Source of the DNA: a virus
Strand: one strand, 5' to 3'
DNA length: 64,000 nucleotides
IMG/VR virus record: IMGVR_UViG_3300008050_000037
Location: 5,193-69,192 of that record
Shown here: positions 6,851 to 16,065 of the stretch, piece by piece
Layout: every line of letters starts with the position of its first letter
How positions within the stretch are numbered: position 1 is the stretch's first letter
Program-made: the position numbers and the translations under genes
The notes under the pieces: model-generated
Seen by the model: the letters and a program-made list of their open reading frames with translations, nothing else
What the model was told of the DNA's origin: nothing
The model's database searches: none

Positions 6851-7079
6851 CTTTTTGTTTCCGTGCCAATTGCTTGAATCTGTACTCAGCCTTCTGGGCT
6901 GAAGATCGATCTTCGAAGACTGTCTGATAAATCAACTCAACAGGTCTTCTTGTCTTCGTATATTTCGCGCCTGTAGACAAAGCGTTGTGCTCTTTAAGGC
7001 GCCGGGTAATATCCGTTGTTACACCTGTATAATAAGTACCATCGGCGCAAAGTAAAACATAAAGGTACCAGTTTTTCAT
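6825..7079 (-). CDS. Stand-alone GIY-YIG nuclease (UPF0213/YhbQ-like)
   Basis: WYLYVLLCADGTYYTGVTTDITRRLKEHN...GAKYTKTRRPV...AQKAE. Confidence 0.9.
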   Translation of the reverse strand: MKNWYLYVLLCADGTYYTGVTTDITRRLKEHNALSTGAKYTKTRRPVELIYQTVFEDRSSAQKAEYRFKQLARKQKDEYIYGRK

Positions 7080-7375
7080 ACAGCACTGATAACCTTAAAC
7101 AAGGGAAAGCCACTTCGACTTTTGATAGCGACGAAGCACTCACCAATATTGTCCCTACGTTCGGCGAAAATGCGATCGCCTTCGGCATTATACATAGATG
7201 GGCGCGGGCCTGTGCCATCGAGCCAAAAAACTTTCACCATCTCTGTTTCCTTGAGATGGTCGAGCCATGTGTTTTTGGCAAAGCCCAAAACCAGTGCTCG
7301 ATGAGTCGATCCACCTGAGTTGAACCAAACCAAATCGCCCGTGTTGATATTCAAAACCCACCCTTGCCCCGCCAC
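7076..7375 (-). CDS. Divergent member of the small beta-barrel family
   Basis: INTGDLVWF...ALVL...VFW...FKVISA. Confidence 0.6.
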   Translation of the reverse strand: MAGQGWVLNINTGDLVWFNSGGSTHRALVLGFAKNTWLDHLKETEMVKVFWLDGTGPRPSMYNAEGDRIFAERRDNIGECFVAIKSRSGFPLFKVISAV

Positions 7376-7476
7376 TTCTCTTGTGGCTCAACACACTTCT
7401 ACATATATGTAGTCACAACTTATCTAGGATCAACAGTAAAAATTAATTTGTACAATTAAAATTCTATATGTCGGCC

Positions 7477-7809
7477 TCACACATAAGTTGTCCAGGCCGT
7501 GCGCATGCGTTTTCGCCACTTGATCGAGCCGTCCAGACACTTAATATAGATATAGTCCACGCCGTCGGCTTCGGGATCATATGCGTAATCTGGTGTGTCA
7601 TCAGACAAAAATTCAGACTCGTCCGTTTCGGGAGAAAAAAGACGATAGCCTCCGTGCGTACCTGCGACTACGATATGGTCATATAGCTGCTCATGGGAAC
7701 AAAATTTTATTTGCTTCAACATATGATCGGGATATCCATCATAGTGACAGTAGACACCGATGTAATCTCCGTCTTCTTTTTCAAGAAACAAAGTGCTAGA
7801 CGTACCCAT
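7477..7809 (-). CDS. Conserved phage hypothetical protein (YxHxDGYP motif)
   Basis: GVYCHYDGYPDH motif. Confidence 0.7.
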   Translation of the reverse strand: MGTSSTLFLEKEDGDYIGVYCHYDGYPDHMLKQIKFCSHEQLYDHIVVAGTHGGYRLFSPETDESEFLSDDTPDYAYDPEADGVDYIYIKCLDGSIKWRKRMRTAWTTYV

Positions 7810-7992
7810 TTAGGCCGCGCTCGTCGAATCTAGTTTTTCAGATATTTCAACCAGAAGCCTTCTGATATCGTCGATTCTCTTTTCTAGTTTTTCTTGTTTT
7901 TCGGTCTGAATAGCAGTTCTGAGAAGATAGAGTTGCTTCTTCGCTTCCGTTAGTTTGTCATCGACCGGATTTGGAACATAAATTCTAGGCAT
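7810..7992 (-). CDS. Small coiled-coil hypothetical protein
   Basis: ORF with GGAGG upstream. Confidence 0.6.
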   Translation of the reverse strand: MPRIYVPNPVDDKLTEAKKQLYLLRTAIQTEKQEKLEKRIDDIRRLLVEISEKLDSTSAA

Positions 7993-8006
7993 CTTAAAGT
8001 GTCCTC

Positions 8007-8294
8007 CTAATGTATACAGTAGTCTCCATCGTACTCCCAGGAACAGCTATCGCCCCAGATACACCATTCTTCTACACAATCCCATCCTACATCCCATGTG
8101 CAGCAGTCTATGCCGTATTGGGGGCTCGACGCGCAAGTTTGCGGGAGATAATTATATGGTTGAGAATATTCACATATATGGTAATCCATATATAAGGGTG
8201 GATAAATAGGTGTCTCGTACCCAAGTGAATCTGGCATACTGGTGTCGATGCACCCGTACATAAACAAAAATACAATAAAAAATAAATAACGCAT
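8007..8294 (-). CDS. Cys-rich putative lipoprotein
   Basis: MRYLFFIVFLFMYGC signal and lipobox-like Cys; many Cys/Trp in C-terminal half. Confidence 0.65.
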   Translation of the reverse strand: MRYLFFIVFLFMYGCIDTSMPDSLGYETPIYPPLYMDYHICEYSQPYNYLPQTCASSPQYGIDCCTWDVGWDCVEEWCIWGDSCSWEYDGDYCIH

Positions 8295-8339
8295 AACTTT
8301 CCCCCCTGTGTCCTGGGGGCCTCGAAACTAAAATAGATA

Positions 8340-8567
8340 CTATTTCTCTTTCGTCAACAAAATAATTGAATTATTGGTTTCTTCGTGAAGCTCTCCAGAA
8401 GGAAACCATCGTACAAGATATTGAAATAATGAAGTTTTTTGTTTTGGATGTGCTTCAATAACCAGCCCATAATTCCAGTCATCAAAGGCTGTCAGTCCGG
8501 CGTCTTCTTTCAATATCTTTCTTTCAGAAGACGACAGGGTTACCAAATCGCCAACTTTAAATTTCAT
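8340..8567 (-). CDS. Dispersed KVGDLV-family protein, paralog of 2810-3049
   Basis: MKFKVGDLVTLSSSE...WNYGLV...YLVRWFPSG. Confidence 0.75.
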   Translation of the reverse strand: MKFKVGDLVTLSSSERKILKEDAGLTAFDDWNYGLVIEAHPKQKTSLFQYLVRWFPSGELHEETNNSIILLTKEK

Positions 8568-8782
8568 TTCTTCTTTTTTCCAGAAAGCAAATTTGCCAAT
8601 TTAAGTCGCTCGTGCATTTTCAAATTTTCAGAAAGCATTTCCTGAAATTCTTCAGACAACTTAATCAATATATTCATAGCACTAACATCAAGAGTAAAGA
8701 CATTTCTTTTTTGCATAGCAGCAACCTTGTTTCTCGCCTCGTTTAAAAGATCAAGCCGCTTTTGAAACTTTCTTTTTTCCAC
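8564..8782 (-). CDS. Hypothetical protein
   Basis: ORF with GGAGG upstream and ATGA coupling. Confidence 0.6.
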   Translation of the reverse strand: MEKRKFQKRLDLLNEARNKVAAMQKRNVFTLDVSAMNILIKLSEEFQEMLSENLKMHERLKLANLLSGKKKK

Positions 8783-8798
8783 TGTGCGGCCTCCATTT

Positions 8799-9788
8799 TT
8801 AAACTTTGTATTTACTGTCAGAAAAAAATATCTCTACATTTGAGAACTGTTCCTCAATGAATTCTGTAAATTGCTTTTCACCTTTAAATTCATATAACTC
8901 ACCGTTATTAAGTAGTTTCCAGGTTTCCAAATTGCGTAAAATATCAACTTTGTTCAAGACAAGCTTATTGATACCATTGATATTTATTGCACGCCGAAGG
9001 GTATTCAACTCCAAAAAATTACATTGACGGGGGCGGCCAGTTGTGGCTCCGTATTCTTCCCCCGCCTCACGTACGCGAGCAAAAAACTCTACTTGCTCTT
9101 TTGGCTCAAATTGTTTTGAGCCAACATAAGTTTCGTATACTTTTCCTACTCCCCATACATCGCGTATCCAAGTGTGAGGAACAGCATTTAAAAGTGCCCC
9201 TGCGGTGCCGACGTGGCTAGAAGTAACAAATGGATAATCGCCCCAATCAATATCCAGGCTGAATCCCTGCGCTCCCTCACATAAAACTTTAACCGATTTG
9301 TCTCCATGAAATTCCTCATATAAATCAACTATATACGGCCTTAAAGAAGGCACGTCTTTTGCTTGTATGCCGACTCTTGCGTGCTTATCGCGGTAGGCCG
9401 GTCCATTTCCTCGTTTTGTTGTTCCAATTTTTGTCTCGTAATTCTCTTCCATAATGTGAAGGTCTGTAATCACATGTGTGTTGTGGGCAATAAAAACCTT
9501 ACCATCGGTGTCAATTCCCCCTTCTTTAAGTTCTTGTAGTTCTTTAAAAAATTGTGGAGGACTCACAACACATCCAGGGCCTATAATTGATTTAATTCCA
9601 TAAAATACTCCTGCTGGGATATGGTGTGTTACGAATTTACGACCTTCGTGATAAATCGTATGGCCGGCGTTGCATCCGCCGTTAAATCTTAGTACATGCG
9701 TATAATCCTTACACTTGCATAAGTAGTGTGTTACTTTTCCTTTCGCCTCGTCTCCATGTTGTACTCCAATTACCACATCTGCTAACAC
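8799..9788 (-). CDS. purA: Adenylosuccinate synthetase (short form)
   Basis: QHGDEAKGK, NAGHT, GTTKRGNGPAY, EGAQG, YPFVTSS, EYGATTGRPR. Confidence 0.92.
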   Translation of the reverse strand: MLADVVIGVQHGDEAKGKVTHYLCKCKDYTHVLRFNGGCNAGHTIYHEGRKFVTHHIPAGVFYGIKSIIGPGCVVSPPQFFKELQELKEGGIDTDGKVFIAHNTHVITDLHIMEENYETKIGTTKRGNGPAYRDKHARVGIQAKDVPSLRPYIVDLYEEFHGDKSVKVLCEGAQGFSLDIDWGDYPFVTSSHVGTAGALLNAVPHTWIRDVWGVGKVYETYVGSKQFEPKEQVEFFARVREAGEEYGATTGRPRQCNFLELNTLRRAININGINKLVLNKVDILRNLETWKLLNNGELYEFKGEKQFTEFIEEQFSNVEIFFSDSKYKV

Positions 9789-9879
9789 TATACATCTCCA
9801 ATGTAAAAAAACCCACCCTTTCCCGCTTCATCTGGTGAAGCCACCGCAACTCTGCCACTTACAAAATACTTACTAATGT

Positions 9880-9907
9880 AATATAGAATGGAACTGAAAA
9901 AAGTAAA
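9880..9907 (-). promoter_or_regulatory. Sigma70-like promoter TTTACT-N16-TATATT upstream of purA
   Basis: Read from sequence in intergenic DNA. Confidence 0.5.
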
Positions 9908-9981
9908 ATCTTTTTGTAAAAATTATCGCCACTATAGCGTACATAATCATTCATCTATTTATCCTCCTTGAAAATCATATT

Positions 9982-10057
9982 TGGTACCCCCTGTAGGGAT
10001 CGAACCTACGACCTGCGGATTAAGAGTCCGATGCTCTACCAACTGAGCTAAGAGGGC
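9982..10057 (-). tRNA. tRNA-Lys (anticodon CUU)
   Basis: GCCCTCT/AGGGGGT acceptor, D arm GCTCAGTTGGTAGAGC, loop CTCTTAA, T loop TTCGATC, CCA; starts 2 nt after dnaK stop. Confidence 0.9.
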
Positions 10058-10059
10058 AT

Positions 10060-11931
10060 TTAAGCGTACTCGGCATCAATGATATCATCATCGCCGCTTT
10101 GGGACGGCGGGACGTCTTCCTGTTGGCTTTCTTCTTTTTGTGCCTCATACAAAATCTTGCTTGCCGCATGAACCGCCTTTTCTAAGTTGGTATACGCGGC
10201 TTCGTAAGCTTCCGCATTTGAATTTTGAACTGCATTTCTTACTTCTTCCATGGACGCCTCAACCTGCTGTCTGGAGTCGTCATCTAATTGATCCTTATTC
10301 TTGATAACACTTTCTGCCTGAAAAATTAAAGTATTTAGCTTGTTCGTCCACTCAACCTCGTGCCTTTTCTTTTTGTCTGCCTCTTCGTTTTCTTTTGCGT
10401 CTTGTACCATACGATCGATATCGGCATCGTTTAGCCCACTGGCATCAGCTATTGTTATATCCTGCTCTTTTCCAGTGGCTTTGTCTTTGGCAACAACACT
10501 CAAGATGCCGTCTGCGTTAATATTAAAAGTTACTTCAACTTGAGGTACGCCCCGGGGAGCCGGGGGAATTCCGTCTAGAGTAAAATTGCCCAGAGTTCTA
10601 TTATCGGAAGCCATTTGGCGCTCACCCTGTAGTACATGAATAGTGACCGCTAGCTGATTGTCATCTGCCGTGGAAAAAATTTGTGACTTTTTTACCGGTA
10701 CCGTTGTATTTCTTTCAATCAAAGCCGTGCATATGCCGCCTAAAGTTTCAATACCCAGACTCAAAGGTGTTACGTCCAATAACAAAACATCACTTACATC
10801 GCCAGACAAAACACCTCCTTGTACAGCGGCGCCAAGAGCAACAACCTCATCTGGATTGACACTATGACTAGGCTCTTTCCCAAAGAAATCTGTTACTCTT
10901 TTGGCAACCAAGGGAATTCGTGTCGAGCCTCCGACGAGAAGTACTTCGTCGATATCTCCAACTTTCTTTCCGGCATCTTTTAGCGCCTTCCTGCACGAAG
11001 TAAAAGTCTTTTTAACCAAGCCGTCGATCATCGTTTCAAATTTCGATCGCTCAATGCTAACGGTCAGGTGTTTTGGACCGGTCGCATCAGCGGTTAAGAA
11101 AGGAAGATTGACCTCTGTTCTAACGGTAGAGCTTAGTTCCTTCTTGGCTTTTTCTGCGGCTTCTCTGAGACGCTGCATGGCCATAGGATCACCCGAAATA
11201 TTAATACCAGTGTCTTTCTTAAATTCTTTAAGCAAATGCTTAATAATCTTTTCATCAACATTATCTCCTCCCAGGCGTGTATCACCAGAAGTCGATAGTA
11301 CTTCAACGATATCCTCGCCCACTTCTAAAATAGACACATCAAAGGTGCCGCCGCCAAAATCATATACAGCAATAACCTGATCGGACTTGCTTCCAAGACC
11401 ATAAGCCAAAGCTGCAGCAGTCGGCTCGTTGATAATGCGCTTAACTTTCAGACCAGCAATCTTTCCAGCATCGCGCGTCGCTTGCCGTTGGCTATCATTA
11501 AAATAAGCCGGCACAGTAATAACTGCTTCTGTTACTTCGCCTCCAAGATACTTTTCAGCTGATCTCTTCAGCTTCTGCAACACTTTCGCACTCAATTCTG
11601 GCGGGCTATATTCTTTTCCAGAAACCATAATTGAAGCCTGTCCAGAAGCGGCACGTGCCACTTCAAAGGGCATATTTTCTGCCGATTCCTTTACTTCGTC
11701 ATAGCTCGAACCTATAAAACGCTTAACTGAATAAATAGTTTCCTTGGGTTTTACAACTGCTTGGCGGCGCGCGGTGGCACCCACCAAAACTTCTTCGTCG
11801 TTTCCAAAACCAATCACTGAAGGAGTTGTTCTACTGCCTTCCTCATTTACAAGAACCTTGGGTTCTCTACCTTCCATAACGGCTACACACGAATTCGTGG
11901 TACCTAAATCAATTCCAATAATTTTTGACAT
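10060..11931 (-). CDS. dnaK: Hsp70 chaperone DnaK
   Basis: [54 protein letters not shown]. Confidence 0.97.
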   Translation of the reverse strand: MSKIIGIDLGTTNSCVAVMEGREPKVLVNEEGSRTTPSVIGFGNDEEVLVGATARRQAVVKPKETIYSVKRFIGSSYDEVKESAENMPFEVARAASGQASIMVSGKEYSPPELSAKVLQKLKRSAEKYLGGEVTEAVITVPAYFNDSQRQATRDAGKIAGLKVKRIINEPTAAALAYGLGSKSDQVIAVYDFGGGTFDVSILEVGEDIVEVLSTSGDTRLGGDNVDEKIIKHLLKEFKKDTGINISGDPMAMQRLREAAEKAKKELSSTVRTEVNLPFLTADATGPKHLTVSIERSKFETMIDGLVKKTFTSCRKALKDAGKKVGDIDEVLLVGGSTRIPLVAKRVTDFFGKEPSHSVNPDEVVALGAAVQGGVLSGDVSDVLLLDVTPLSLGIETLGGICTALIERNTTVPVKKSQIFSTADDNQLAVTIHVLQGERQMASDNRTLGNFTLDGIPPAPRGVPQVEVTFNINADGILSVVAKDKATGKEQDITIADASGLNDADIDRMVQDAKENEEADKKKRHEVEWTNKLNTLIFQAESVIKNKDQLDDDSRQQVEASMEEVRNAVQNSNAEAYEAAYTNLEKAVHAASKILYEAQKEESQQEDVPPSQSGDDDIIDAEYA

Positions 11932-11934
11932 ATT

Positions 11935-12501
11935 TCATTTTCTCCTGTTTTGAATCGCATATGTTTTCTGGATCCAATCATACATCGCGATTCCAGAACT
12001 CGTGCCTACGTTTAAACTTCTGACCGAGCCATACTGCGGTATATTAACACAATAAGCACATTCTTTTAAAAGTAAAGGAGAAATTCCTTCACCTTCTTCG
12101 CCAAAAATCATTAAAGCGTTATCAGGCCACTCAAACGTCTCCATCGGTACGCAACAATCCAAATTATTGTCAAGCCCAACAAAAACATATTTTTCCTTTA
12201 GCTTCATCAATTCTTCAAAATCGTTAAGATAATTTAAATCTACGTAATGGTGTGTACCTACAGTACCTCGTCGATCAAAGCGTTTACGACCAATGTAAAA
12301 TACCTGTGAAGCATTAAAAGCATTGGCGTTTCTAATCATCGTACTGATATTAAAATCGCCCTTCCAGTGTTCCATCAAGACTGCGAACGGGTGTGCCTTT
12401 GAACGCAAATCTTTTTTAATCTCTTCAACACTCCGCGACTTATATTCGTCGGTTACATTGTATTTCCAAGCACTTAGGCGCTCTTTATCAATTACATTCA
12501 T
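11935..12501 (-). CDS. SpoU/TrmH-family RNA methyltransferase
   Basis: NISTMIRNA, FGEEGEG, IPQYGSVRSLNV; start placed at MNVID. Confidence 0.85.
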   Translation of the reverse strand: MNVIDKERLSAWKYNVTDEYKSRSVEEIKKDLRSKAHPFAVLMEHWKGDFNISTMIRNANAFNASQVFYIGRKRFDRRGTVGTHHYVDLNYLNDFEELMKLKEKYVFVGLDNNLDCCVPMETFEWPDNALMIFGEEGEGISPLLLKECAYCVNIPQYGSVRSLNVGTSSGIAMYDWIQKTYAIQNRRK

Positions 12502-12787
12502 TTTGAAACGTATTCCTGTGAAAATCCAACATAGTTTCAGCAGCCAACTGCCGGCTAGCATGCCCATTTAGATTAGCCGAGGGATTGTTTCCAATTTTAA
12601 CAATTGGAATATATGTGACAGCATATCTTTGCCCGGGTGACATTTTTAATGATTTGTCCGCACGATAAGGCGCCCAATCAATATCTTTATTTTCCTTTAA
12701 CAAAGAAAATATTTCACCAAGAAATATTCCATCGTACCAGACGCTTAAACGGCCCGTATGTTGTTGTTTCTTAAAAACAAAATTCAT
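12488..12787 (-). CDS. Hypothetical protein
   Basis: ORF with GAGG upstream. Confidence 0.55.
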   Translation of the reverse strand: MNFVFKKQQHTGRLSVWYDGIFLGEIFSLLKENKDIDWAPYRADKSLKMSPGQRYAVTYIPIVKIGNNPSANLNGHASRQLAAETMLDFHRNTFQNECN

Positions 12788-12793
12788 TTTGCC

Positions 12794-13042
12794 TCATTTA
12801 AAATCTGGCGTAGGTATGCAAGTTTCTGGATCAATTGTGACCTCATCATTCTCGTGAGCCTCAATAAATTTTTGAGCCGCCTTCTTGTTGCGAAAATTTG
12901 TGAGATAAATCATTTTTTCACCAGCCTGAAGAATCACTTCATAACATCCATGGCGTGGATGATTGATTTGATAATTACTGACTTCCTCATTTTCCTTAAA
13001 CCTTTCAAAGTTTTTCGGTATCTTGGCTCTACGCTTTTTCAT
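12794..13042 (-). CDS. Hypothetical protein, probably leaderless
   Basis: ATG 6 nt downstream of a -10 hexamer. Confidence 0.6.
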   Translation of the reverse strand: MKKRRAKIPKNFERFKENEEVSNYQINHPRHGCYEVILQAGEKMIYLTNFRNKKAAQKFIEAHENDEVTIDPETCIPTPDFK

Positions 13043-13048
13043 ATGTCA

Positions 13049-13076
13049 ATTATAATAACGCCGCGATCATCGTCAA
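13049..13076 (-). promoter_or_regulatory. Sigma70-like promoter TTGACG-N16-TATAAT
   Basis: Near-perfect hexamers. Confidence 0.65.
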
Positions 13077-13323
13077 GATTTTCTTCTTCTTGCTGCTGTT
13101 CATTTTCCTTGAGCCATTGAACATATCTTTCCCGCTCTTCCTGCGGTGAGGGAACTCTAACATATAACCGTTCATATTCATTCATTATCCAACTCCTCAA
13201 TTATTTTTTTTAATTGCTCATTTTCATCACGCAACTGGTGAATCATCTCATTCATTTCGTGAACAGCTTGAATTAGAATGTCATATTTTATTCTTAATTC
13301 CTCTAAGAGCTGATCACGAGTTT

Positions 13324-13506
13324 TCATCTCCCTTGGCCTCTGTGTTTTCGGTTATGTCGATGCGCTCTAGAGGGGGGACTTCCGGCCCTATAGCCATGGT
13401 GAAATGTTTCTCCCCCTCCGTGCGGGCTCTTTGAATATTTTCCGCCTCCTTGCTTGGTTTTCTTCGAAACATATGTTGATCGACTTTTCGTATTGATTTT
13501 TGCCAT
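13324..13506 (-). CDS. Small very basic protein (KKTKQG...RGQGR)
   Basis: Lys/Arg/Gly-rich 60 aa; resembles a small ORF type I recall from T4-like marine myophages. Confidence 0.65.
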   Translation of the reverse strand: MAKINTKSRSTYVSKKTKQGGGKYSKSPHGGGETFHHGYRAGSPPSRAHRHNRKHRGQGR

Positions 13507-13508
13507 CG

Positions 13509-13952
13509 TTATTCTCCTTTCTGACGGTCATACATTGTAACGCCATTCAGATGATCTATTTCGTGTTGTACACAAACACATTCTAGGACATTTTTATCTG
13601 CACCGAAATACAAAGTGTCTATGTGATTGTCTGCTTTGACAGCGATATTCTCATAGCGTTCGGTTAAAACATAGTCACCTGGGAATGAAAGACAAGCTTC
13701 GGTGTATGATATTTTTTTAAATTTTCCGATGATTCTTGGATTAATCAAAATCAAAGGCTTTGTGACATTTATCACGCACACTCTCTTGTCTAGGCCAATT
13801 TGGTTAGCGGCCAGTCCGGCGCCAGATTTAATTTGACTTAAAATTTCTAGCAGCTGCTTTCCAATTGCAATTCCCTCTTCGACGTTCTTGTACGTTTTGC
13901 AGGGAGCAGAAAGAAAATCCCTATCTTGTATTATTTTGATATCCATACACAT
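13509..13952 (-). CDS. def: Peptide deformylase
   Basis: GAGLAANQIG, EACLS, QHEIDHLNG motifs. Confidence 0.93.
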   Translation of the reverse strand: MCMDIKIIQDRDFLSAPCKTYKNVEEGIAIGKQLLEILSQIKSGAGLAANQIGLDKRVCVINVTKPLILINPRIIGKFKKISYTEACLSFPGDYVLTERYENIAVKADNHIDTLYFGADKNVLECVCVQHEIDHLNGVTMYDRQKGE

Positions 13953-13954
13953 AA

Positions 13955-14587
13955 TTAGTTGTCTTGAAGGCTACGTTGCTTCATTATCTTCGAAGAAAGG
14001 TAAAAACTAATTATCGCCAAAAGAACACCAGAAAAAACATCAACAATGTAATGTTGTTTTAAAGTTAGTGTTGATAAGGATATACCAACCGCCCACAAGA
14101 AATAAAGTGCGCGTAGGCCCTGCACTCGACATACGATTTTGGAATAAAAAGCGCCGAAGAACATTATCCAAGCAAATGCAACGTGGCCGGACGGAAAAGT
14201 ATTGTTTGAGCCATCAATTTGGTATGTTAAATAAACCATGGCCTCTGATATAGAACTAACTTCAAATTCCGGCCGGGGATAAAAACTAGGAAAGAAAATA
14301 TAAGAAATGTTTAGTATAACCATCGCTATGACGCAAGCCCAAAATGTCGAAAGAAATATATACTTGGTTTCAACAAGTAAAAACATAGTCAAAAATATTG
14401 CAGGCAAAATCGTATGGTATATCCATACATGTTCTGGCATAAAGGGTATGGCGGTATCAAATTCTGTTAGAAAATCAAATTTATGTGTCGTTACAAAAGC
14501 TTGCACAAACACATAAACACCAATATAGGTAACTAACATTAATAAGATATACTTTACCTTATCAGACTTGGACATATATCTCTCCAA
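13955..14587 (-). CDS. PAP2-superfamily membrane phosphatase/phosphotransferase
   Basis: Multiple TM helices; PRP, NTFPSGH, QHYIVD motifs. Confidence 0.85.
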   Translation of the reverse strand: MERYMSKSDKVKYILLMLVTYIGVYVFVQAFVTTHKFDFLTEFDTAIPFMPEHVWIYHTILPAIFLTMFLLVETKYIFLSTFWACVIAMVILNISYIFFPSFYPRPEFEVSSISEAMVYLTYQIDGSNNTFPSGHVAFAWIMFFGAFYSKIVCRVQGLRALYFLWAVGISLSTLTLKQHYIVDVFSGVLLAIISFYLSSKIMKQRSLQDN

Positions 14588-14670
14588 ACGTCTTTAATCG
14601 AAGCAAATGTAGGAACTACATCTGTTATAAATATGCAGGATTATTGCAAAAACAAAATAAAAAAATAATT

Positions 14671-15021
14671 TTAATTATACATCATAGAAACGTGATGGTG
14701 CTGCAATAGTTGAACTGTGTGAAAACGAGAAACGGTTGCGGATTCAATAAGCATCATTCTTTCTTCTGTAAAAACAATTTCTTCTTTATTTTTTTCTTTG
14801 CGAATTAGCTCGTTGTCAATAGAAAAATTTAACTCTTCTAAGACTATAGTGCTGGAGGCGTAGTAATCACACAGCAGGCGAATAACTCTTGGATTAATTA
14901 TTTCCAAGTCAAGATAGTATCTTATAAATTCTTCAGTAAGCGCTATGTGTTGTTTACATTCGTCTACCAAGTCGTTTGCGTGTTTCTTTTCCAGCGAATA
15001 AAGCAGGTTGTCATCACCCAT
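14671..15021 (-). CDS. Hypothetical protein
   Basis: ORF in operon context. Confidence 0.55.
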   Translation of the reverse strand: MGDDNLLYSLEKKHANDLVDECKQHIALTEEFIRYYLDLEIINPRVIRLLCDYYASSTIVLEELNFSIDNELIRKEKNKEEIVFTEERMMLIESATVSRFHTVQLLQHHHVSMMYN

Positions 15022-15262
15022 CGAGTGGCCTCGAATATGCCTCTAGGTCTGAAAATCCCCCAATCATAACTTGAAATTTGCCTTCTTTTTTAAAAATAAT
15101 CGGAACAGTTTGCCAATCGTAAATCTCCTTTAAGCTTTTCAAAATACTTGGAAATTCAGATAAATCTATAATCGAATATGGCTCTGATAGTGATTTTAGC
15201 AGATCTATCGCTCGTATACATAAAGGACAATCTCTCTCGATGTAAAGAATATACTCATTCAT
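15014..15262 (-). CDS. Glutaredoxin
   Basis: CPLC, TVPIIF, IGGFSDL. Confidence 0.85.
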   Translation of the reverse strand: MNEYILYIERDCPLCIRAIDLLKSLSEPYSIIDLSEFPSILKSLKEIYDWQTVPIIFKKEGKFQVMIGGFSDLEAYSRPLDG

Positions 15263-15546
15263 TTCTTTCCCTTTAATTTCTCGGCGACCGTAAAGACGTC
15301 CCCTACTACAGTTTTTGAAGATACATAATTGCCACCAGAATTAAAAATAATTTTTGTAAAAGATATTCTTTTATCTAGATCTTCTGGCCAGCCGTGGTTA
15401 ATAATTTGCTGTTTAATTTTAATATTCTCTTTTAAATAAACAACATATGCCGGGTTGATGATTATTTCATCCAGGCTGTAGATCTGGCTTGACGGCAACA
15501 CATCCTCTTGTTTATGTACTTCAGTTAAAACAACCAAGTTATTCAT
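15259..15546 (-). CDS. Hypothetical protein
   Basis: Coupled ORF; IIINPAYVVYL. Confidence 0.6.
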   Translation of the reverse strand: MNNLVVLTEVHKQEDVLPSSQIYSLDEIIINPAYVVYLKENIKIKQQIINHGWPEDLDKRISFTKIIFNSGGNYVSSKTVVGDVFTVAEKLKGKK

Positions 15547-15754
15547 CTATCATTCCATAGGCATCTTTCTTTTTTATGTACCACACTTCGCCCTCATAAA
15601 ATATCCCAACTTTATCATCTTTGTTCTCCGCAACCAAAACATTGAGTGGCACTTTTGTCGTACGATAATCCTCAATAGCACCAGATTTAGATTTGCTAAT
15701 AACAACATTCGAAGGAATATATATTAATTCACCTATTTTAGCATCTTTAAGCAA
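15539..15754 (-). CDS. Small SH3-like hypothetical protein
   Basis: KIGELIYIP...VGIFYEGEVWYI beta-rich pattern. Confidence 0.55.
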   Translation of the reverse strand: MLKDAKIGELIYIPSNVVISKSKSGAIEDYRTTKVPLNVLVAENKDDKVGIFYEGEVWYIKKKDAYGMIDE

Positions 15755-16045
15755 TTATTCCTCCTCTTCCTCTTTTGAGGCCTCATCCGAAATTTCTGGT
15801 GTGCTAATTGTGGCCTGTACGTAGCCAGAAATAATATTGTGACACTCCGCCACACAACTGTCTATACGCAGCATTCTTTCGCGAAGCTTATCAACCTCCA
15901 CAACAAACTTTTCTGGATCTTCTAAATTAATTGTTTCCGCATAGCGAGCCAATGAAGAAAGGAGTCTCTTACAGTCTCCAAATTTACGCTCTATCTCTGC
16001 TGGGATTTCTTCCAAATCCAATGCATAACTTACTCTTACTTTCAT
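15755..16045 (-). CDS. Hypothetical protein
   Basis: ORF with GAGG upstream. Confidence 0.6.
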   Translation of the reverse strand: MKVRVSYALDLEEIPAEIERKFGDCKRLLSSLARYAETINLEDPEKFVVEVDKLRERMLRIDSCVAECHNIISGYVQATISTPEISDEASKEEEEE

Positions 16046-16065
16046 AATTTCCTCTTTTACGGTGC

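Noticed and set aside
8799-9788. PurZ / 2-aminoadenine (Z) genome system, prompted by a PurA homologue, a MazG-like gene and a PolA-like gene
   Set aside because: The N-terminal motif is GDEAKGK with the PurA catalytic Asp, whereas PurZ and PurZ0 have Ser there; no DatZ-like HD phosphohydrolase seen and the genes are not clustered
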